Source of the DNA: an uncultured Gemmatimonadaceae bacterium
GTDB lineage: Bacteria > Gemmatimonadota > Gemmatimonadetes > Gemmatimonadales > Gemmatimonadaceae
Direction of reading: 5' to 3'
DNA length: 64,000 bases
Assembly: GCA_963781585.1 (NCBI GenBank)
Contig: CAWAGQ010000005.1
Location: forward strand, 382,199-446,198
The notes under the pieces were generated by a model. It saw only the letters and a list, made by a program, of their open reading frames with translations. It was not told where the DNA came from and did no database searches. Shown here piece by piece: positions 42,945-52,065 of this stretch; positions within the stretch are counted from its first letter, which is position 1; every line of letters starts with the position of its first letter. Position numbers and translations under genes: made by a program.

Positions 42945-43493
42945 CTACTTCTTCACGACCACGATGTGCACCGTGTCGGCCACGAGGGGACTGAGCGGCA
43001 CGTGCGTTGGATTGGCGAGGATGGTGATGATGCGGTGCGGACCCGGCGACACGTTCACCCAGTCGTACGTCGTCTCCGCCTTTCCCAGATGCACGATGCC
43101 CGGCGTGCCAGCGGGGATGGGCTGGTCCGGCGTACCCAGATCGGTATCGAGGTACAGATGATGATGCGCGGTGCCGGCCCGTCCCTCCGCCGCCGGAGCG
43201 AGCTCGATGCCGGAGGCACCCAGCACGATATGCACGGTATCGCCGTGGATGGTGTCGCCCTCGGCCGGACTCGAGATGGTCACGGTCACCGCCGGAGCCA
43301 TCGCCGTCATGGCCGACGTGTCGGCAGCCGGAGCGTTTTCCTTCTTCGCGCACGCCGCTGCGATAACAGCGGCCACGAGGGAAAGGCCGAGTGCTCCTGC
43401 AACCCGTCGTCGCGCGCGCGAGCGCTCAGCGGCGTGCGTGGTGAGCGGGTCGGGACGAGCATCCGAGGCGCGGTGTAGCTGGTGATGTGTCAT
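42945..43493 (-). CDS. DUF4399-like lipoprotein
   Basis: AAAC lipobox, ISSPAEGD, HHHLYLD, IVHLGKA, SPGPH. Confidence 0.75.
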   Translation of the reverse strand: MTHHQLHRASDARPDPLTTHAAERSRARRRVAGALGLSLVAAVIAAACAKKENAPAADTSAMTAMAPAVTVTISSPAEGDTIHGDTVHIVLGASGIELAPAAEGRAGTAHHHLYLDTDLGTPDQPIPAGTPGIVHLGKAETTYDWVNVSPGPHRIITILANPTHVPLSPLVADTVHIVVVKK

Positions 43494-43799
43494 GGTCGTG
43501 AAGATCTCCGAGGTGCGGCTGCGGCCGAATGGAGCCTATGACATCTGGGGCTCATCTAAGAAACGCAGCGCCATGAGATTCCGGAAGAAGTACCGGCATC
43601 AATTCCCAGCGCGTGGGCTCGCCACCCAGCGGACTCCACGTTGGGCGACGCGGTGGGCCGACGGTCGACGGGATCCGATCGGCGGGCGGAGGCACCCGGG
43701 GCTCCCGCCCCCTTCTCCAGGGAGCCTGCCCGGTACCCGGATGTGCAAGTTGCCCCGCCTGGCGGCGTCTCCCTGGCGAACCTCAAGCCAGGATAACGT

Positions 43800-46124
43800 A
43801 TGCGACGCTCCGCTGGTCTCCTCCCGGGCCTGTTTCTCTGGCCGCTGGCCGCAATGGTCCTGCTCGTTCCGAGCGGTCTTCTCGCACAGGGACAAATCAT
43901 CCCGCGGCCCTGCCCGACCCCGCCTCCTCCCACGCCCGCCTGCCGCGACGGGCGCTGCATCGATGTCGCAGTTCTCCCGTGCCCCACGGGGAACCCCATC
44001 GTCCGCACGTCCAGCACCGTGCACGTGGATCTCGGCAACCGGGTGCTGCGGTACGAGATCAGCGAGACTTTCGTGAATCGGGGCGCCGGCCTGGGCGAAG
44101 CCGACTACATCTTTCCGCTTCCGGCTGGGGCCGCGTTCGAGGACCTCAAGCTGTCGATCAACGGGGAGCTGGTATCGGGCGAGACGATGAACGCCGGCGA
44201 CGCGCGGCGCATCTACGAAGAGATCGTGCGTAAGCGACGCGACCCCGCGCTCGTGGAATGGATGGGATCCGGTCTTCTGCGCGCGCGCATCTTCCCGATT
44301 CAGGCGGGTGAGGAGAAGCGGGTGGTGGTGCGATTCCAGACCGTCGCGCTCCGTGAGGGGAGCGCGCTCCGGGTGGACTACGTACGGGGCACGGATCCGG
44401 CGTCACAGCCCGCACCGGGACCCATTCTTCGCGAAGAGCGTGAGGATGCGCTCGCCGGACGAGCCGAATCCCCGAATACCTTCACTCTGAGCTATCCAGT
44501 GACCGAGGAGTACGGAAACCCGTACTCACCCACTCACACTCTGCGAACCAGCGATCGTCTGGGCCGACGGACTATCACCGCCAGCGGCAGCGGGCGCGAA
44601 GTCACCATCCTGCTCCCGTTGCGGCACGCCAACGCGGCGTCGCTCACCGTGCTGACCCACCGCGATCCAGGGGAGGACGGATTCGCGCTGATCACCATCA
44701 GTCCGCCGTCAGCGCCGCGGCAGGCCACTCCCCGCGACCTGACCTTCGTGGTCGACGTGTCGGGCTCGATGCGCGGATCGAAGCTGGAACAGGCGAAGGC
44801 TGCCGGTCGCGCGTTGCTCGCCACGTTAGGCGGCAGGGACCGGTTCCGGATCATTGATTTCTCCACCGATGTTCGCTCGTTCCGCGATGACTTCGTGCCG
44901 GCCACCGCGGCCAACCTGGGCGCGGCGCGGCGGTACCTCGACGACCTCGTCGCCGACGGGTCCACCAACATCTCCGGTGCCCTCGACGCGGCGCTCGACA
45001 CCCCGGCGGACGGCGACCGCCTGCCGCTGGTGGTGTTCGTCACCGACGGCGAGCCGACCGTGGGGGAGCGGAATCCCGACGCGATCGCCGCCCGTGCCGC
45101 CCGCCGGCGCGGAACGGCGCGTCTGTTCAGCGTGGGGGTGAGCGCCGAGGTCAATTCGGCGCTGATCGAACAGCTGGCGATCGAGGGTCACGGCACGGCG
45201 CAGTTCGTGCGGAGCGGGGAGTCGGTGGAGCGCGCGGTATCGCTGCTCGCGTCGCGGCTCACGACGCCGGTGCTGACCGATCTCCGGGTCATTGCGGACG
45301 GGGTCCGGCTCAGCCGGATGCAGCCCTCACTCCCGCTCGATCTCTTCGCCGGCCAGGATCTGATCCTCCTGGCGCGCTACGACGGAACCGGCGAAGCGCA
45401 TCTGCGGGTTGAAGCACGGGAGGTGACGGGCACAGTGAGCTGGACGGCCACCGCGCAGTTCCCCGGTCGGGAACGCAACAACGCCTTCATCCCGCGGCTG
45501 TGGGCGGCCCAGCGACTCGGCTGGCTGGCTGCGGAGAAGCGCCGGAACGGGGGCACCAGCGAGCTCGACGCCGAGATAAAGTCGTTAGGCGAGCGGTACG
45601 GCATCCCGACCGAGTTCTCCTCCTATCTGGTGGTGGAACCGGGGCAGCAGGTGGTGACCGGCCACGCCAACGCCGGAGGGGCGAACCGGCCGCAGCCGGT
45701 CCCGATGACCGCGGGCGTCCGGCTGCGCGATGTGCGCACGGCGGCGAACGAGGTGCAGTTCGAGGAAGCAAAGAAGGCAGCGGTGCAGCGCGCAGCCACG
45801 TCGCTGGCACAGGTGGACTCGGTCTCGGCGACCGGCGCGATGACCGCCAAGGACGGGCAGCGCCAGATCGGCGAGCGTCGGTTCGCCCTGCAGGACGGCG
45901 TCTGGATCGATCAGCGCTATACTCCATCGCAGCGCATCGTGCGCGTGAAGTCCTACTCACCGCTGTATTTCGACCTGGTGAACCGGCTGCCAGGTCTGTC
46001 GGAGGTCCTGGTGCTCGGCGATCAGATGGTAGTGGTGGGTCGCAACGTGGCGCTCCGGTTCGGCCCTGACGGCGCCGAGTCGCTGAGCGATCGGGAGATG
46101 GCCGACCTGGTCAGGGCCTGGTGA
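43800..46124 (+). CDS. Secreted VIT + vWA domain protein
   Basis: YIFPLP, IYEEIVRKRRDPALVE, DVSGSM MIDAS motif, FVTDG. Confidence 0.9.
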   Translation: MRRSAGLLPGLFLWPLAAMVLLVPSGLLAQGQIIPRPCPTPPPPTPACRDGRCIDVAVLPCPTGNPIVRTSSTVHVDLGNRVLRYEISETFVNRGAGLGEADYIFPLPAGAAFEDLKLSINGELVSGETMNAGDARRIYEEIVRKRRDPALVEWMGSGLLRARIFPIQAGEEKRVVVRFQTVALREGSALRVDYVRGTDPASQPAPGPILREEREDALAGRAESPNTFTLSYPVTEEYGNPYSPTHTLRTSDRLGRRTITASGSGREVTILLPLRHANAASLTVLTHRDPGEDGFALITISPPSAPRQATPRDLTFVVDVSGSMRGSKLEQAKAAGRALLATLGGRDRFRIIDFSTDVRSFRDDFVPATAANLGAARRYLDDLVADGSTNISGALDAALDTPADGDRLPLVVFVTDGEPTVGERNPDAIAARAARRRGTARLFSVGVSAEVNSALIEQLAIEGHGTAQFVRSGESVERAVSLLASRLTTPVLTDLRVIADGVRLSRMQPSLPLDLFAGQDLILLARYDGTGEAHLRVEAREVTGTVSWTATAQFPGRERNNAFIPRLWAAQRLGWLAAEKRRNGGTSELDAEIKSLGERYGIPTEFSSYLVVEPGQQVVTGHANAGGANRPQPVPMTAGVRLRDVRTAANEVQFEEAKKAAVQRAATSLAQVDSVSATGAMTAKDGQRQIGERRFALQDGVWIDQRYTPSQRIVRVKSYSPLYFDLVNRLPGLSEVLVLGDQMVVVGRNVALRFGPDGAESLSDREMADLVRAW

Positions 46125-46128
46125 CCCG

Positions 46129-46662
46129 ATGAAGGACGAGGAGCTGGAACGGCTCTTTCGCACCTATCACGTCCCGCTCGTCCGCTATCTCACCCGGCGG
46201 CTGGGCGACCGCGACTGGGCCGAGGAGGTCGCGCAGGAGACGTTCCTGCGCGCCCTCCGGCAGGAAAACCTGTCGAGTGAACGGTCCTGGCTGTTTGCCG
46301 TGGCCACCAACCTGGTTCGCGACGAGGCACGGAAGAGCGAGCGACGCCGGCGCCGGTTGGCCCTCCTTGCCGAAGAGGAGCGCGACCAGACGTTCGAGCC
46401 GGAGCCCACATCGCTGGAACGGGCCCAGGAAGCAGCGCTCGCCCGTCAGGCGGTGGAGGCGCTGGCGGAGCGAGACCGGCTGGCTCTGCTGATGCGCGAG
46501 GAAGGGCTGAGCTACGATGAGATTGCCGAGGCGTTAGGCCTTTCGCCGGGCTCGATCGGGACGACACTGTCCCGCGCGCGGCGGCGGTTGGCCGAGGTGT
46601 ACGAGACGTTACAGGTCGGCGTCGCGCGGCGCGCCGGCGGAGGAGATCATGCAGCATCCTGA
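46129..46662 (+). CDS. ECF sigma-70 factor
   Basis: AEEVAQETF, SWLFAVATNL, LSYDEIAEALG. Confidence 0.92.
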   Translation: MKDEELERLFRTYHVPLVRYLTRRLGDRDWAEEVAQETFLRALRQENLSSERSWLFAVATNLVRDEARKSERRRRRLALLAEEERDQTFEPEPTSLERAQEAALARQAVEALAERDRLALLMREEGLSYDEIAEALGLSPGSIGTTLSRARRRLAEVYETLQVGVARRAGGGDHAAS

Positions 46663-47914
46663 CGAAGGGACCATCCACGCCTGGCTCGACGGCGCGCTCG
46701 CGCCTGCCGACGCGAAGCGCGTCGAGGAGCACGTGGCGTCGTGCGAGTCGTGCGGGCCGGCGGTGGCCGAGGCCCGCGGATTGATCGCCGCGGCATCGCG
46801 GATTCTCACCGCCCTGGACGACGTACCCGCGGGCGTGGTCCCCGCGAGAGAAGGAGGGGCGGGCGGGTACAATGGTTCCGGCGATCAGCTCGCCGCGCTG
46901 CGGGCGCGACGGGCGGCCGCGGAAAGGAAGCCATCGCGTTGGGCGCGCCCGGGTGTCGTCGCGGCAGCCGCCATCGTGTTTGTTGCCGCCGGGACGATGC
47001 TGGTGGTGCAGCGCGGCCGCGTGGGCGTGACCGCGATGAACGACCTGGGAGACCAGCCCCCCAGCGCGGCGCGAATCGCAAACCCTGCCGTGTCTCCCAT
47101 CCCCCGGGCGACCGAACCCGCGGCCTCCGACCGGATCGCCACGACCGGTGCGCAGGCGAACGAACAACCGCGCCGCAAGGATGAGCAAGCCCGCGGCCTG
47201 AACCGGATGGATTCTTCCACCGGCCAGCAAGGTCGCGTTGCCGAATCGAAGCCGGCTGCGCCGGAGGCGCGGATTCTCGCTGGCACCGAAAGCGCGCGCG
47301 CGCTTGCCGCGAAGAAGGCGGCCGCAAGCGCGCTGAACGCGGCTACGCCCGGGTTCGGGGGCGCCGCGACGGATTCGCTGGCGCGGTTCCGTCGTGATCA
47401 GCTGTCGAATGTCCCCTTGCGGCAGGCAGTGCCGAGCGCGGAACGGGGGAGGCTCGGGTTCGCGCGCACCGCAGAGGACGTCGCGCGTGGTGGAACGACC
47501 GCGGCCGACCTCCGCGCGCGAGTCATTTTATTCGCAGGATGCTACGAAATCACGACGCCGGATGACCAGGCGGGAAGCAGCCCCCGATTCCCGGACCACG
47601 TGGCGCTCGACAGCGCGATCGCGCAGGTGGACGGGGACACCGTGTGGTACGCCGCGCGGACACTCGATTCGGCGGACGTCGCCGGAGTTGGATTGCTGTG
47701 GCGGCCAGCCGCCATGCCGCTGGACGCTGGGGCGAGCGCCGAACTCCGGATCCGGCGCGATACCGTGGTCCGCACGGTGAACCTGCGGCTCCCGAATGAA
47801 GCGCCGCCTGTCGCGGCTGTCGGCGCCACCGTAAAGGCCGCGAGGACGGAGGCGGCGACAGTGCGGGAATACGTGGGTCGGAGGGTCCGGTGTGAGGGAG
47901 GCCGGAAGCCATAG
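46649..47914 (+). CDS. Anti-sigma factor (zf-HC2, TM, periplasmic region)
   Basis: HPDEGTIHAWLDG...HVASCESC, single TM; overlaps sigma stop. Confidence 0.85.
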   Translation: MQHPDEGTIHAWLDGALAPADAKRVEEHVASCESCGPAVAEARGLIAAASRILTALDDVPAGVVPAREGGAGGYNGSGDQLAALRARRAAAERKPSRWARPGVVAAAAIVFVAAGTMLVVQRGRVGVTAMNDLGDQPPSAARIANPAVSPIPRATEPAASDRIATTGAQANEQPRRKDEQARGLNRMDSSTGQQGRVAESKPAAPEARILAGTESARALAAKKAAASALNAATPGFGGAATDSLARFRRDQLSNVPLRQAVPSAERGRLGFARTAEDVARGGTTAADLRARVILFAGCYEITTPDDQAGSSPRFPDHVALDSAIAQVDGDTVWYAARTLDSADVAGVGLLWRPAAMPLDAGASAELRIRRDTVVRTVNLRLPNEAPPVAAVGATVKAARTEAATVREYVGRRVRCEGGRKP

Positions 47915-47981
47915 GACTGTAGGTCGTAGGTCGTACGGCAAAGGCCAAGGCATCGGGCACGTCGGGGGCCAGCGGGCTAAA

Positions 47982-48114
47982 CCTCTGGCCTCTGGCCTTT
48001 GGCCTTTGGCCTCTTGGCCTCTTGGCCTCTTGGCCTCTGGCCTCTGGCCTTTGGCCTTTGGCCTTTGCCCTCTGGCCTTTGGCCTTTGCCCCGTGGCCTT
48101 TGGCCTTTGGCCTT
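47982..48114. repeat. 7/8-bp tandem array (TGGCCTT/TGGCCTC), about 18 units
   Basis: Read directly; ends ~20 nt before the tyrA start. Confidence 0.88.
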
Positions 48115-48136
48115 TCTCGTCGGGTACCTTCCTCGC

Positions 48137-49276
48137 ATGACCAGCGAACCTTCCAGCCGACCGCTTCCCCTCCTGCGCGCGATGATCGACGTCCTCGATC
48201 ACGAACTGCTGCAGCTCACCGGCCGGCGCATGCACCTCGTGGCAGAAATCGCCGAATACAAGCGACGACACGGCCTGCGGATTCGGGACGCGCAGCGCGA
48301 GCGTGAAGTATTGGACGACCGCTGTCGCCGCGCCGAAGACATGGGCCTGCCGAGAGCCGAGGTCGAGGCCATCTTCCGGCTCCTGCTACGGGCAAGCCGC
48401 GAGTACCAGTCGTCGCTCCGCGCCGAGCTGCCGTACGACACCGAGACACGCACGGTCGCCGTGATTGGCGGCCATGGTGGCATGGGGTCCGCGATGGCCA
48501 GGCTCTTCAGCGACCTCGGACATCAGGTGCTGATCGCCGACCTCGATACCGAGCTCTCCATCACCGACGCCGCCGCAGTGGCCGACGTGGTGATTGTCAG
48601 CGTGCCCATCCCCGTCACGGAAGAGGTAGTCCGGGTTGTGGGGCCGCATGTCCGCGAAGACAGCCTGCTGATGGACGTGACGAGTCTGAAGGAAGCGCCC
48701 GTCGCCGCGATGCTGAAATCAACCGGAGCAAGTGTCGTCGGAACGCATCCGATGTTCGGTCCCAATGTGCATTCCCTGCAGGGCCAGCGGGTGGTGCTGT
48801 GTCCCGCACGGGGCGAGCGCTGGGCCAGCTGGGTGAAGGCGATGCTCTCGGCGCGCGGTCTGGTCACGGTGGAGACCACACCGGCGCATCACGACCGGAT
48901 GATGGCGGTGGTGCAGGTCCTGACGCACTTCCAGACGCAGGTGCTGGGCGTGACGCTTGCGAGGCTGGGGACCCCGCTCGAGGAAACGTTGCGCTTCACA
49001 TCGCCGGCGTATCTGCTCGAGTTGTTCGTGACGGCACGACACTTCGCGCAATCGCCGGAGCTGTACGGTGCCCTGGAGATGCGGAATCCCGCGACCGGCG
49101 CCGTGACCTCGGCGTTTCAGGACGCCGCGCGCGAGGTCGCGGAAACTCTGCGGAGCGGCGATCAGGAGCGGTTCGACCAGTTGTTCGAGACCGCGCAGCA
49201 TTTCTTCGGGCCGTTGACGCGCGAGGCCCTGGAGCAGACGAGTTTCCTCATCGACCGGCTGGTGGAGAGGCAGTGA
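48137..49276 (+). CDS. tyrA: Bifunctional chorismate mutase/prephenate dehydrogenase
   Basis: LRAMIDVLD CM domain; IGGHGGMG, DVTSLK, GTHPMFGP, HDRMMAVVQ. Confidence 0.9.
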   Translation: MTSEPSSRPLPLLRAMIDVLDHELLQLTGRRMHLVAEIAEYKRRHGLRIRDAQREREVLDDRCRRAEDMGLPRAEVEAIFRLLLRASREYQSSLRAELPYDTETRTVAVIGGHGGMGSAMARLFSDLGHQVLIADLDTELSITDAAAVADVVIVSVPIPVTEEVVRVVGPHVREDSLLMDVTSLKEAPVAAMLKSTGASVVGTHPMFGPNVHSLQGQRVVLCPARGERWASWVKAMLSARGLVTVETTPAHHDRMMAVVQVLTHFQTQVLGVTLARLGTPLEETLRFTSPAYLLELFVTARHFAQSPELYGALEMRNPATGAVTSAFQDAAREVAETLRSGDQERFDQLFETAQHFFGPLTREALEQTSFLIDRLVERQ

Positions 49277-49280
49277 GAGG

Positions 49281-49347
49281 GGTCAAAGGCCAAAGGCCAA
49301 AGGTCAAAGGCCAAAGGTCAAAGGTCAAAGGTCAAAGGCCAAAGGCA
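49281..49347 (+). repeat. 7-bp tandem array (GGYCAAA x9)
   Basis: GGTCAAA/GGCCAAA units right after the tyrA stop. Confidence 0.88.
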
Positions 49348-49407
49348 GATGACCGACCCGCTACGAGCCGTGCGCTATGAGGGATACGCCACGAGCTATC
49401 AGCTGCT

Positions 49408-51879
49408 CTACCGACTCCGCTTCGCCTCCAGCGCCGACATTCGCCGGATTCCGGGATACGGGACACTGTCACCCTTCACCGCGCGCCACAGGATCCGGTT
49501 GAACAGATCCTCATCGGCCGTGTCCTCGAAGTCGAGCGTGAGTTTCCTGGATGCTTCGGCATTGCCCCCGGAACGGGGATTCCGCTCGTCGAGCGGGACG
49601 CCGGGTGTGAGCGCGGCGTACGGGCGCAGGTCGGGCGTGGTGTTCCAGATGTCGCGCAACGGCCGCCCGTAGTGGTCGAACTGCGACAGCGACGAGAGGC
49701 CGAGTATCTCCTCGATGGTGGCCAGGACGTCGGTGGTATTGGTGAAGCGATGATAGACGCTTCGGCGGGCCCAGGGCGAGATGGCGAAGAAGACGGAACG
49801 ATGCGAGTCCACGTGATCGGGGCCGTTCTGCGCGTCGTCTTCCACCACGAAGATAGCGGTCTCGCGCCAGACCGGCGATTCGGACACGGCCTGGACGATG
49901 CGCCCCAGCGCCAGGTCGTTGTCGGCCACGTAGGCGCGGGGGGTGGGCGACCCGGCACGCCCGCCGGCGGTGTGATCGTTAGGCAGCCGGAGGATCATGA
50001 GCCGCGGCACCGCGCCTTGCTGCGCCAACCGCCGAAGCTCGGTAATGAAGATGTCGGCGCGACGCTGGTCGGGAATGTTGAGGTCGAAACCCGGGAAGTC
50101 GCGGTTCGTATTCGCCACCAGAAACGGCTTCACGCCCCGATAACCCGGCGGAACCCCGGTGCCTGAGGCCATGCGCTCGGGAACCACGAACTCGCCGTAG
50201 TTGCGAAGCGTCAGACCGGCGCGCTGGACCAGATCCCACAGATACCCGTTTGCCGGCTCCGCCGCGTCGTCCACTCCCTCGTCCGCCGGCACGCGGCCGC
50301 GATTGGTGCCCTCGTAGTCGTAGCTGCGCCCATGGCCCGAGTAGTTCGACGGCACCGTCTTCTCGAGATAGTCGGTCGCGTAGGCTCCCGTCGACCAGTT
50401 GTGGCCGTCCGGGCTGACCTCGGCGTTGACGAAAAAGCGATCGTAGAGTCCGAACCGCTCGGCCAGCGCGTGATGATTGGGTGAGACGTCTCGCGGAAAG
50501 AACAGGAGCGCGGTATCGCCGTCGCCCTGCGGCAGGTCGCCCAGTACCTGATCGTAGCTCCGGTTTTCCTTGATGATGTAGAGCACGTACCGGATGGGTG
50601 GATACGACGCGGTGTGCGCCGGGTTGCCCCATCCGTTGGCGGCGGCAACACGGGCGCTCAGCCGCGCCAGCTCGGCCCCCTGCGCACGCGCGTTCACGGA
50701 GACAGTCATTGTGCCCGAGAGCTGGCCCAGGGTGTAGGCCGTGGCCTGCGTGGGAGACGTTCGCGTGCCCGGTTGGGTGAGATCGGGATTCGGGCCGGTG
50801 TTGCGTCCCTTGCCGTTGACTACCAGGAGCGTGTCGCCGCGGGCGGCGACCGCGGCGGGATACCACCCGGCGGGGATCCGCCCGCTGAGCGTGTCGGGTC
50901 CGGCAGCGCCGGCCGCTCCGGCCGTGGCGGCGGAGAGGTCGAAGACCGCGACCGCGTTGTTGTCGGCCTCGGCGACGAACAGTCGCGTACCGTCAGCCGA
51001 CAGTGCCAGCGCGTCAGGCGTGCTTCCTTCACGGGGCCCGGCGGGTGCGGCATCCGACAGCGCCTTGACGACCTGGCCATCCCGCGTATCGAGCACCGAG
51101 ATGAGGTCGGTGCTGCCGGACGCCACGAACAACCGGGAACCATCCCGGTTCAGGAGAAGCGCCGACGGATGACGCCCCGCGCTCCATCGGGCTGCACTCG
51201 TCAGGCGGGTGACGCCGCCCTGCGGACGCAGCACCGAGACGGTGCTGCCTCCCCACGCCGAGACGTACACGTCGCCCCCCGGGCCGACCACCACGCCGTA
51301 CGGATACCGCTCGGTCGCCAGCCGCTGGGTCACGCTGCGGGTCTGGAGATCGATCACTGCCAGGGAATCGGCGAGGTTCTCGGCCACGTACAGCGCGCGC
51401 CCGTCGGCCGAGATGGCGAGTCCGGCGGGATAGCGGGTGCCGGACTGATTCGGCCGCTTGACGGCCAGGACGATGCTGTCCTGGAGCGTCGCCTGGCGAT
51501 TGCTCCACGCATAACGATAGATCACGTCCTGATTCCCGCCCGACGTGTACAGCCAGCGGCCATCGGGTGAGAAGGCGAGGCCGATGAACGCCGCCGGTTG
51601 CGGCAGGTCCTGCGTGACCCGCCCATTCGCCGGATCGACGATCTGCAGCCCCTGCTCCCGCCATCCGTTGAGCAGGACGGCCACCCGGTCCCCTTCGGGC
51701 GAGGAGGCCATCGCCAGCGGCATCGACCCCATGGCAAACGCGCGCCCGTCCGGATCGAGGCGGACACCGGTGGGGAGCCGGGGCTCTTCGGTGAGCTCGT
51801 CACCGGCGCGTGCGTCGGACGGGGACGGAGCCGGGTGCGCACAGGCGACCAGAACGAGCGCGAGGAGGGTTCGGCGCAT
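49408..51879 (-). CDS. YncE-like beta-propeller/phosphoesterase (alkaline phosphatase superfamily) lipoprotein
   Basis: LVAC lipobox, IKENRSYDQVLGD, LPNDHT, EDDAQNGPDHVDSHRS. Confidence 0.88.
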   Translation of the reverse strand: MRRTLLALVLVACAHPAPSPSDARAGDELTEEPRLPTGVRLDPDGRAFAMGSMPLAMASSPEGDRVAVLLNGWREQGLQIVDPANGRVTQDLPQPAAFIGLAFSPDGRWLYTSGGNQDVIYRYAWSNRQATLQDSIVLAVKRPNQSGTRYPAGLAISADGRALYVAENLADSLAVIDLQTRSVTQRLATERYPYGVVVGPGGDVYVSAWGGSTVSVLRPQGGVTRLTSAARWSAGRHPSALLLNRDGSRLFVASGSTDLISVLDTRDGQVVKALSDAAPAGPREGSTPDALALSADGTRLFVAEADNNAVAVFDLSAATAGAAGAAGPDTLSGRIPAGWYPAAVAARGDTLLVVNGKGRNTGPNPDLTQPGTRTSPTQATAYTLGQLSGTMTVSVNARAQGAELARLSARVAAANGWGNPAHTASYPPIRYVLYIIKENRSYDQVLGDLPQGDGDTALLFFPRDVSPNHHALAERFGLYDRFFVNAEVSPDGHNWSTGAYATDYLEKTVPSNYSGHGRSYDYEGTNRGRVPADEGVDDAAEPANGYLWDLVQRAGLTLRNYGEFVVPERMASGTGVPPGYRGVKPFLVANTNRDFPGFDLNIPDQRRADIFITELRRLAQQGAVPRLMILRLPNDHTAGGRAGSPTPRAYVADNDLALGRIVQAVSESPVWRETAIFVVEDDAQNGPDHVDSHRSVFFAISPWARRSVYHRFTNTTDVLATIEEILGLSSLSQFDHYGRPLRDIWNTTPDLRPYAALTPGVPLDERNPRSGGNAEASRKLTLDFEDTADEDLFNRILWRAVKGDSVPYPGIRRMSALEAKRSR

Positions 51880-52065
51880 GGCAGGAGGGAGAGGGTGAAA
51901 CGAGAGTCGGCCCGCCCGGACTCAGCCACCCGGACGGCGGGATCGACGGCAGGAAAATACAGGGGCGGGAAACGGTGCGCACGGCGCGGGCCAACAAGAC
52001 GCCTGTGCGCCCGAGAACCGATGCAGGATGTTTACGTCGGGGAGGTGCGGCCGGCCTCCGACGGG

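Noticed and set aside
47999..48136. WPLAFGL-repeat N-terminal extension of TyrA (also 37093-37165 on the kinase and ORF 56143..57477)
   Set aside because: Read-through translation of heptamer arrays
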